From contig CAJUHH010000014.1 in the NCBI GenBank assembly GCA_910585965.1, positions 10,148-74,147 on the forward strand: DNA of 64,000 nt. The letters are read 5' to 3'. A program made the position numbers and the translations under genes. How positions within the stretch are numbered: the stretch's first letter is position 1; each line of letters opens with the position of its first letter. Below the pieces are notes generated by a model. That model had not been told where the DNA came from and did not search any database. It saw nothing but the letters and a program-made list of their open reading frames with translations. This DNA comes from an uncultured Lachnospiraceae bacterium (GTDB lineage Bacteria > Bacillota > Clostridia > Lachnospirales > Lachnospiraceae). Positions 27,712 through 35,251 of the stretch are shown here, piece by piece.

Positions 27712-28446
27712 TCATATTTTGTGTTTCTTAATCCATTTTTTTATTATGATCCAGCCTGTCATAAAGAATGACACAATTGTCAGGCATACAATCAGGACGA
27801 GCAAGGCATATTCTTCAAATTGACTATTGGAGTTCAGCATAGCTCCGTTCAAAAAAGGAACGCCAAGCACCAGGAAAAGATAAAAAAATACCGGCGGAAG
27901 GAACTTGCAAAATGGCCGCCGGGTGATCAGCCCGGCCAGATGGTAAATGATGCAAAGGGAAGTGAAATATACGAATGTTCCGATCAGCGTATGAAGCTTT
28001 GCGGGGTTTGACGGGCTTTTTTGCAGAAGATACCGATCCATAATGGCCGGAAGGTAAATGGAAAGAAGAATACGGATGACATTAACTAATATGGTCAATA
28101 CATAAGAGCATGGAAAAGCAAAGGCCGTCCAACATAACTTTTTACGGTTTGTATCCATTTGATGGACAAAAGGGAAGAGCAAGGCGGCGATCGTGATGAG
28201 CATAAACTGCACGCCGGAGCAGGAAAGGGCGATGACAAACTGGCGGGTGTGGTTGACATAGCCTTCATAGGGGACGAAATGAAAGGGGATGCCGCTTAAG
28301 GCCTGCACCCACCATACGGTGGGCGCAAGAATCCATGTAAAATGATTGGCGGTCGCCTGGCTGTAGAAGTATTTCATCCCGAAAAGGGCAAGGGAGCCTG
28401 TCAGATAGAATATCCAGTTGTCTTTGATATAGGAACGTGTTTTCAA
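27712..28446 (-). CDS. xrtK: Exosortase K-type membrane protein-sorting enzyme
   Basis: WILAPT, SCSG (Cys), NVIRI (Arg), LHTLIG (His) triad in a polytopic membrane protein; TTG start overlapping the upstream stop. Confidence 0.8.
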   Translation of the reverse strand: MKTRSYIKDNWIFYLTGSLALFGMKYFYSQATANHFTWILAPTVWWVQALSGIPFHFVPYEGYVNHTRQFVIALSCSGVQFMLITIAALLFPFVHQMDTNRKKLCWTAFAFPCSYVLTILVNVIRILLSIYLPAIMDRYLLQKSPSNPAKLHTLIGTFVYFTSLCIIYHLAGLITRRPFCKFLPPVFFYLFLVLGVPFLNGAMLNSNSQFEEYALLVLIVCLTIVSFFMTGWIIIKKWIKKHKI

Positions 28447-30461
28447 ATGGACCCCTCCCGTCTTTTTCTGCGGCGGCACAGCGCGCCGGCAAATAAAATG
28501 CATAATAAGGAAAGCGTTGGCAAAACCATGGATGGTTCCGAATAAGCTTGGTAGCCTCCGCCGACTGCAAGAGCGGATACGCCGTGGGGGAGCGGCAGGG
28601 GCTGGTCCACATCGGCGCTTTTGCCTTCGGGGTTTCGGATGGTGTCGATCACTGCGACAAAGGAAGTATAAGGCGTCATCATACTGTAGGCGAGTCCGAG
28701 CTGTGTTACTTCATCCCTGACTTCCGGGTTATCTTTATTGTATCCGTAATCCATCAGGCGTTCGACCCTGGTGCGGGCCCACAGATAGCGGATGGCATCG
28801 TCGCCGGTAACGGGCTGGATAGCAGAAACAGCGATTTCCTGTGAATAATCCTTATTTCCTGTTTTGCCGGTGACAGTAACGGTGCCTTCTGCCCCGCCTT
28901 TGTATTTGCCGAACAGGACGATGGGTTTCTGGGCAAATAAAGTGGGGAAGACAGCGGGTTCCACATCATAAACATCAAAACCGTCATAGGATACTTTGAT
29001 ATCCGTTAAAACAGGGGCTTGGATGTAGGTGCGGAAGCGTTCCGCCGTTTCTGCGGCATCTTCGGCATCGGTGACAACAAAGGATTCCCCGGCCCCGGCA
29101 TCTGCGATGCCTTCGATCAGGCAGCGGTTTACGGAGGAGCCGATTCCAAAAGAGAAGAAACTGGCAGTTCCAAGATTCCTGCCGATCAGGTCAAAAACGT
29201 TTTCCTCGTTGGAAATGTAGCCGTCTGTGATGATGATAATGCTTCGCGCTTTATCCTGGCCGGAAGGAATTCGAATGGCTTTTTCCAATGCGGGCGAGAG
29301 GGAGGTGCCGCCGCTGCCCTCCTGCTTGTCGATCAGGTCGATGGCTTTCCCGATATTTTCTTTGGTAGCTGCCAGGGATTCGGGGGAAAGCTGTTCCGAC
29401 GAGCCGGAGAAAAGGACTAAATTAAAGGCATCCGTCTCTTTTAAATTGGAAACAAGATCCCGGATCAGAGCTTTGGCGGTGTCCATCGGGTAGCCGTTCA
29501 TGGAGCCGGATACATCCAGCACGAAAATATATTCCCGGGGAGGGATTTCTTCCGGCGTATAGCGTTCCGGCGGCTGTATAGTCAGCATAAAAAAGTTTTC
29601 TGCTTCGCCCTCCGAGAGTACGAGGCCGCTTTCAATCTGGCTGCCGGTAAGTTTGTAATCCAGGATAAAGTCCCGGTCTCCGGCATAATCCGACGGGTCG
29701 GCCAGGGTGATCGCGGCAGAAGAATGGTTATGCCATGCGATACTGATATCATGAGACTTACTGCTTAAGTTAGCGATCGGTACTCCGGTGGAAAGATTGA
29801 CCGCCATATGATATTCGCCGGTGACATCTGTGCCATTTTCCAGATAAGGCGTGATTGCCCATTCTTCGTCCTGGCCAGGGCCTTCCGAAGGTTCCAGATA
29901 GCGGGGGCCGACGACGGTGGGAAAGACAAATTGATACATTCCCTCTTCGGGGCTGATCAGCTCCGTATAGTGCAGCTGGATCGTAACGGTATCGCCGGGC
30001 ATAATATTGGCCACATCCATATGGAATACATTAGACCGTTTTTGTTCTAACAGGGAAGCGCTCTTCCCTTCGCTTTTTGCCTCCTCAAACTCTTGTTTTG
30101 CTTCTTCTTTTTCCCTGATCTGGGCAGTAACGATGTCATTTCCGACCTGCATGGTCATGCCATGGACGGAAACTTTGGTGGAAGCGGGGAAGAGATAGTT
30201 GGCATCGATAGGGGAGTCCCCTTCGTTCTGGTAGGTCTGGGTGACAAAGATCTCAGCAATGGATCCGTTGATATTGGCTGTTACATCGGTTTCCTTCAAT
30301 GGAAAACAATCCACAGAGGTATCTTCGCTTACTACCAGGAAGTAGGGAGCCATCGTTACATCTTCGTCTTCCCTGTCTTCTTCGGCCCGGACAGGGAAAG
30401 CCGGGAAAGTAAAGATCAGTAACAGGGTGCAAAAAAACAGGATTATTTTTTTCTGGTTCAT
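28443..30461 (-). CDS. Secreted VIT + vWA domain protein with C-terminal YSEP-TM-basic sorting tail
   Basis: Signal peptide, VIT domain (VTQTYQN..YLFP..SVHGM), MIDAS DVSGSM..GGT..ITDG, TPYTSFVAV, tail YSEPSMVLPTLSLLCILFAGALCRRRKRR. Confidence 0.88.
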   Translation of the reverse strand: MNQKKIILFFCTLLLIFTFPAFPVRAEEDREDEDVTMAPYFLVVSEDTSVDCFPLKETDVTANINGSIAEIFVTQTYQNEGDSPIDANYLFPASTKVSVHGMTMQVGNDIVTAQIREKEEAKQEFEEAKSEGKSASLLEQKRSNVFHMDVANIMPGDTVTIQLHYTELISPEEGMYQFVFPTVVGPRYLEPSEGPGQDEEWAITPYLENGTDVTGEYHMAVNLSTGVPIANLSSKSHDISIAWHNHSSAAITLADPSDYAGDRDFILDYKLTGSQIESGLVLSEGEAENFFMLTIQPPERYTPEEIPPREYIFVLDVSGSMNGYPMDTAKALIRDLVSNLKETDAFNLVLFSGSSEQLSPESLAATKENIGKAIDLIDKQEGSGGTSLSPALEKAIRIPSGQDKARSIIIITDGYISNEENVFDLIGRNLGTASFFSFGIGSSVNRCLIEGIADAGAGESFVVTDAEDAAETAERFRTYIQAPVLTDIKVSYDGFDVYDVEPAVFPTLFAQKPIVLFGKYKGGAEGTVTVTGKTGNKDYSQEIAVSAIQPVTGDDAIRYLWARTRVERLMDYGYNKDNPEVRDEVTQLGLAYSMMTPYTSFVAVIDTIRNPEGKSADVDQPLPLPHGVSALAVGGGYQAYSEPSMVLPTLSLLCILFAGALCRRRKRREGSI

Positions 30462-30555
30462 TTGATTGCTGCCTCCATTCTATAAGACGTACACGTTACG
30501 GACATAAATCCGTTACGGCCTTTTGTTCTTGTTACGTTTAATTTATAACAGGGGT

Positions 30556-30621
30556 GCATCAAAATCCCATCAAAGTAGCACCATATTCCCATCATTTTTG
30601 TATCAAAGTTGCATCAAAAAA
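30556..30621 (-). promoter_or_regulatory. Six 11-bp phased direct repeats upstream of the VIT-vWA/xrtK operon (probable transcription factor site array)
   Basis: gcatcaaaatc ccatcaaagta gcaccatattc ccatcattttt gtatcaaagtt gcatcaaaaaa, next to a minus-strand tgttataaat -10-like box. Confidence 0.6.
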
Positions 30622-30901
30622 TTTTCGCAGGAAAAATGCAGAGATTGCCGTTCGGCAGTTTTCCTGTTAAACTATGAACTAAAGCTCGATGCTTATATAT
30701 TGTTTGCGGCAAGCGGGATTTTTCTGGGCTCCAAAGGGCATACGCCTGCAAGTATGCGGCATGGATTTGCAGAACGCGCGAAACGTTCGTTTTTATATGC
30801 GGTGTTGGTGGAGGAGGTGATGCAGCTCAGTTTTGGACTCGTGGATTCCCTGCTGGGCATTTTGCACCCGATGATGTCTGCCGTCCGCTTCTTTTGCCCT
30901 G

Positions 30902-31225
30902 CCCTTGCGGGCTGCGAGATATCGATATCTGCATTATTCTTTCGAATGCTTTGGACAATGCGATCCATGCGTGCCGTGCAAGGGGATGGACGAAAGCGAA
31001 GACTGGTATATCCGTGTGGCAGGGCATGTCCAGGGGAATTTTCTTTTAATAGAAGTGGAGAATAGTTATGAGGGAAACGGCATGGTACGAACAGGGACGG
31101 GGCTGTCCAATATAAAAGCGGTGACAGAAAAATACCATGGAGCGATGAATATAAAAACGGAAGGAAAGGCATTCGTCCTTCATGCCTTGCTGATCATTTC
31201 ACAGCATTCAGAAAACATCCCGTAG
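30902..31225 (+). pseudogene. Frameshifted GHKL (AgrC-like) histidine kinase C-terminal remnant
   Basis: DIDICIILSNALDNAIHAC, then a 5-bp duplication cgtgc-cgtgc (30970-30979) shifts frame to ..IEVENSY..GTGLSNIKAVTEKYHG; N-terminal part largely missing. Confidence 0.8.
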
Positions 31226-31325
31226 CAAATCGATTCATCTTTCGGTTCCACAGGCCGAAAGAAATCATAGAGGGCGGTTTTTTGGTTTGGATGCCCGAAA
31301 ACAGGAATTGTAAGGAGGAAAAATT

Positions 31326-31862
31326 ATGGCGATGGAAATCAGCAGAAGTTACAATCCTTCCAAAAGCGATGAGGCAGAGCGGATGAAGGAAAACCAGGCT
31401 TTGGAAAGAGCGGAAAAAGCAAAGGAAGCAAAACAGGCGCTCAATGGGGGAAAAGTATCGGGAAAGGCACAGGAGCCGCAGGATGAATATATCAGCAGAG
31501 AAAAGTCGGATGCAAAACCTTCTGGCTTGTATTGGATTGGACAGGACGGGGACGGCAGCCGAAAGATTTTCTTTGATGATCCGAAGAAGTCCGACCGCTC
31601 GGATGGAAAGGAAGCATCGAAAGCGAAGGAGGGACAGCCGGAGAAGGATGTGAAGAAGGGCAGTGTGGATACCAGCAAGGTGGATCGGGAAATTAAGAGG
31701 CTGAGGGAGAAAAAGCAGCAGCTGGAACAGCAGATTCGGTCTGCATCGGGCGATTCGGAGAAGATCCGGGGGCTGGAGAAAAAACTGGCGCAGGTGGAGA
31801 ATGAGTTAAGACAGAAGGATAATGATGCGTATAGGAAACGGAATGCTTCTGTTTCGTGGTGA
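31326..31862 (+). CDS. Hypothetical protein with C-terminal coiled coil (FlxA-like)
   Basis: Strong RBS aaggagg; DEYI..E..SGLY and DREIKRLREKKQQLEQQI..ELRQKDNDAYR. Confidence 0.6.
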   Translation: MAMEISRSYNPSKSDEAERMKENQALERAEKAKEAKQALNGGKVSGKAQEPQDEYISREKSDAKPSGLYWIGQDGDGSRKIFFDDPKKSDRSDGKEASKAKEGQPEKDVKKGSVDTSKVDREIKRLREKKQQLEQQIRSASGDSEKIRGLEKKLAQVENELRQKDNDAYRKRNASVSW

Positions 31863-31905
31863 GGGAGGCTGGAAGGGTATGTTTAAATAAATACAATAAA
31901 TGTTT

Positions 31906-31992
31906 AAAACCCCAGGAATTTGAGGACACTGAAAAAGCCCGATTCGTTTTTAGAATCGGACTTTTTCAGTGTCCTCAAATTCCTGGGGTTTT
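31906..31992. repeat. 87-bp near-perfect palindrome (40-bp arms, 7-nt loop)
   Basis: aaaaccccaggaatttgaggacactgaaaaagcccgattc / gaatcggactttttcagtgtcctcaaattcctggggtttt, 1 mismatch. Confidence 0.95.
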
Positions 31993-32281
31993 GCAGGGAA
32001 AGTCGGGCAACAGACATTTATATGAATGAAGATTTTATAGATTGTTTGGTCTTTAAGTGCTATAATTGAAAATGGAATTCTGCAAAGATTTTGTTTGATT
32101 TAACAAGAAATACCGGTTTTGAAGTATCAAAGAGTAATATTGGTGAATGTTGGATAAAATCTTGTTGTGAATGGGGACAACGAATGCCGGATGATATTTG
32201 TGGTCTTGATGCAAGCAGATTACAGCTTAAAGAAAAGATGCAGCAAATTTGTAAGGGAACTAGCCTTTTAATGAAATTCCA

Positions 32282-32494
32282 AATAATATTACAATATTGA
32301 CGGGAGATTCCGGAACAGGAAAAACGGCATCTTTTTCATTTATAAAAGAGTGCATGGCATTGAATCCCGATATTGTCTGCTTAAATTATTTAGATTATCA
32401 GAAGAATCTATTTGCTACGAAAGAAAATTTATTTGAACTTGTGAGCGAAAAGAAGGGGGAACAGACAGTATTGAGGATTGAGGAATATTTATAA
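32282..32494 (+). pseudogene. Internally deleted small P-loop protein remnant
   Basis: NNITILTGDSGTGKT Walker A followed within about 70 codons by a stop, with no Walker B; no clear start. Confidence 0.55.
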
Positions 32495-32527
32495 TATAGT
32501 TGATTAAGATAAGAAAAAGGAACAGTT

Positions 32528-33409
32528 ATGGTAAAAAGTCAAAATGCAAAAAAACTATGCCGTATTTATTTATGCATAATGCTTCTGGCCTTTAGCTGTT
32601 TTGGCGGACTTTCCGGCTGCGGGGTGCAATCGGAGAGCGCTGAACCAGGGGAAACAACGGATAAGCCCGGCATCAGCGTGACGTTTTTCGATGTAGGAAA
32701 AGGGGATGCGATTCTGGTCGAGACAAAAAACCACTGCATGCTCATCGATTCCGGCTTTGACGATACGGCGGAAACCATATTGGATTATCTGGAGCGTGAA
32801 AACATAGATCGGTTGGACTATATGCTCATCACCCATTTTGACAAAGACCACGTAGGCGGGGCAGACCATATATTGGAAGCCGTGGAAGTGGGGGAAGTCC
32901 TCCAGCCGGACTACGAATCCGATGCCAAACAATATCGTGAATATATGGACACAATGGAAAAAATGCAGATATCCCCACGGCCCGTCACGGAAACGCTCTG
33001 CCTGTCATTGGATGAAGCGGAACTTCTGGTTTATCCGCCCCAGCGCAGGGATTATAAAGAAGAAGACAACGATTTCTCCCTCGTCGTCAGCATGCACTGC
33101 GGAGAAAAAAGCATTCTCTTTGCCGGCGACAGCGAAAAAGAACGCCTGGAAGAACTCCTCGACCAACAGGAGTTCCCCCTCGCCCACGACATACTCAAAG
33201 TCCCCCACCATGGAAGGAAGGAAAAAAATTCAAAAGAATTCCTTCTGGCCGTCATGCCCGAAACCGCCATTATCACTTGTTCCAAAGAAAATCCCCCCGA
33301 CCAGGAAATCCTTCAACTGCTGAACCAGCTAGGAACAAAAACCTACTTATCCACAGAAGGAACCATTACACTATCTTATAATGGAAAAGAACTGAAAATC
33401 TCACAATAA
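32528..33409 (+). CDS. ComEC/Rec2-like metallo-beta-lactamase fold lipoprotein
   Basis: Lipobox LSGC, FFDVGKGD, THFDKDHVGG, FAGD, KVPHHG. Confidence 0.9.
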   Translation: MVKSQNAKKLCRIYLCIMLLAFSCFGGLSGCGVQSESAEPGETTDKPGISVTFFDVGKGDAILVETKNHCMLIDSGFDDTAETILDYLERENIDRLDYMLITHFDKDHVGGADHILEAVEVGEVLQPDYESDAKQYREYMDTMEKMQISPRPVTETLCLSLDEAELLVYPPQRRDYKEEDNDFSLVVSMHCGEKSILFAGDSEKERLEELLDQQEFPLAHDILKVPHHGRKEKNSKEFLLAVMPETAIITCSKENPPDQEILQLLNQLGTKTYLSTEGTITLSYNGKELKISQ

Positions 33410-33420
33410 CGATTATTGAA

Positions 33421-33773
33421 CAAGGAAATCAATTTTTGCAGATCGCATCGCGCTAGGGAATGCCGAAGGGCGGCGGCTGGGGAAGGGAGGCGGCAAGGGA
33501 GGCTGGTTTTTGCTGGAGCTTCCAAGCAGATTTCACTAATGAAATGAGCAAAAAACAGCCAGCCGATCAGGTCGGAAGCAACGGACATCCTGTCCTATGC
33601 TTCCTAAACTTGCCATCCATGGCAAGTTTCCCTTATGTTTTTGATCATTTCATAAGTGAAATTGCTGCTTGTACGCAACAGCAAAAACCAGCCTCCCTTG
33701 CCGCCTCCCTTCCCCAGCCGTCGCCCTTCGGCATTCCCTGGCGCGATGCGATCTGCAAAAATTGATTTCCTTA
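33421..33773. mobile_element. Non-autonomous MITE-like element with 94-bp terminal inverted repeats and 9-bp target-site duplication
   Basis: Arms 33422-33515 and 33679-33772 are reverse complements with 2 mismatches; attattgaa flanks both sides (33412-33420, 33774-33782); no transposase. Confidence 0.85.
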
Positions 33774-33842
33774 ATTATTGAATATCAGGTCTGTTCCAAA
33801 ATCCCATATTATGATATACTACACTGTTAGAGGTGCAAAAAT

Positions 33843-35222
33843 ATGGAAGACAAGAAAAAATTATACCTGTTCGAGCAGGCTCCCGTTTCCAAAGCCGTCA
33901 TTTCCATGGCGGTTCCGACGGTGATCAGCTCCCTGGTTATGGTGATTTATAACCTGGCGGATACTTATTTCGTAGGCATGCTCAATGATCCGGTGGAAAA
34001 TGCGGCTGTGACGCTTGCCGCGCCGGTTCTGCTCGCTTTTAACGCGGTCAATAATCTCTTCGGCGTCGGCAGTTCCAGCATGATGAGCCGGGCGCTGGGC
34101 AGCAAAAAATATGACATGGTGCGGAAAGTTTCCGCTTTTGGTTTTTACTGCACGGTATTTTGCAGCCTGGTATTTTCTTTTCTCTGCACAGTCGGGAAAA
34201 ATCCCCTGCTGGCCCTGCTTGGGACGGACATGGAAACTTTCGTGGCCACAGGGGAATATTTGAAATGGACCGTCTGCTTTGGGGCGGTACCGGCGATTCT
34301 CAACGTGGTCATGGCTTATATGGTGCGTTCGGAGGGAAGCACATTGCACGCCAGCATCGGCACGATGAGCGGCTGTTTGCTGAATATCGTGCTGGATCCG
34401 TTTTTTATCCTGCCCTGGGGGCTGGATATGGGCGCGGCGGGCGCGGGGCTTGCCACGTTTCTCTCTAACTGTGTGGCTTGCTTGTATTTTTTCATCCTCT
34501 TGTTTATCAAACGGAAAAATACTTATGTATGTATTAACCCGAAGATGTTCCGGCTGAGAAAAGAAATTATTTTGGGCGTATGCGGCGTGGGAATTCCTGC
34601 TGCGATCCAGAATCTGCTGAATGTGACGGGAATGACGGTCTTGAATAACTTCACGTCATCCTTTGGCGCGGACGCGGTGGCGGCGATGGGGATCGCCCAG
34701 AAGATCAATATGGTGCCTATGAACGTAGCGTTCGGTTTTTCCCAAGGAATTATGCCGCTGATCAGTTATAGCTATGCTTCCGGCAATCGGAAAAGGATGA
34801 AACAGGCGATTCAGCTTACCGCTAAATATACGATTTCCGCGCTGGCGGCGATCGCCCTTTGTTATTATCTCGGGGCTGGGTTCTGGATCCGCTTGTTTAT
34901 TCAGAATGAGAATATTGTCGCTTATGGGACAAGTTTTTTGCGGGGGCTGTGTCTGGCGCTGCCGTTCTTCTGTATGGACTTTTTGGCAGTAGGCGTTTTC
35001 CAGGCGGTAGGAATGGGGAAAAAAGCATTCTTCTTTGCTATATTGCGGAAGATTATTATGGAGATACCGGCGATCTTTCTTTTAAATAAATTGTTCCCTC
35101 TTTATGGACTGGCATATGCGCAGGCGGTAACGGAGGTCATTCTGGCCATAGCGGCTGTGCTTGTATTGAGGAGGATGCTGCGGGAGCCTGGATCGCCGAA
35201 TGCCGGGCAGACAGTATCCTGA
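33843..35222 (+). CDS. MATE family efflux transporter
   Basis: AVP..IYNLADTYFVG, LNIVLDPFFI, MGAAGAGLAT; polytopic membrane profile. Confidence 0.94.
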   Translation: MEDKKKLYLFEQAPVSKAVISMAVPTVISSLVMVIYNLADTYFVGMLNDPVENAAVTLAAPVLLAFNAVNNLFGVGSSSMMSRALGSKKYDMVRKVSAFGFYCTVFCSLVFSFLCTVGKNPLLALLGTDMETFVATGEYLKWTVCFGAVPAILNVVMAYMVRSEGSTLHASIGTMSGCLLNIVLDPFFILPWGLDMGAAGAGLATFLSNCVACLYFFILLFIKRKNTYVCINPKMFRLRKEIILGVCGVGIPAAIQNLLNVTGMTVLNNFTSSFGADAVAAMGIAQKINMVPMNVAFGFSQGIMPLISYSYASGNRKRMKQAIQLTAKYTISALAAIALCYYLGAGFWIRLFIQNENIVAYGTSFLRGLCLALPFFCMDFLAVGVFQAVGMGKKAFFFAILRKIIMEIPAIFLLNKLFPLYGLAYAQAVTEVILAIAAVLVLRRMLREPGSPNAGQTVS

Positions 35223-35251
35223 TACGGTTTGGGGCTGGAAGGAGCAAATGT

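Noticed and set aside
30523..31172. ORFs of 180, 159 and 106 aa as real genes
   Set aside because: Explained by read-through of the frameshifted kinase remnant and its antisense strand.
31225..31300. Riboswitch or sigma28 promoter upstream of the FlxA-like gene
   Set aside because: Only one short hairpin (ctttcgg/ccgaaag) and a partial gccgaaa match; insufficient to call.
33376..33765. ORFs of 70 and 101 aa inside the inverted-repeat element
   Set aside because: They translate the two arms of the palindrome; no transposase motifs.
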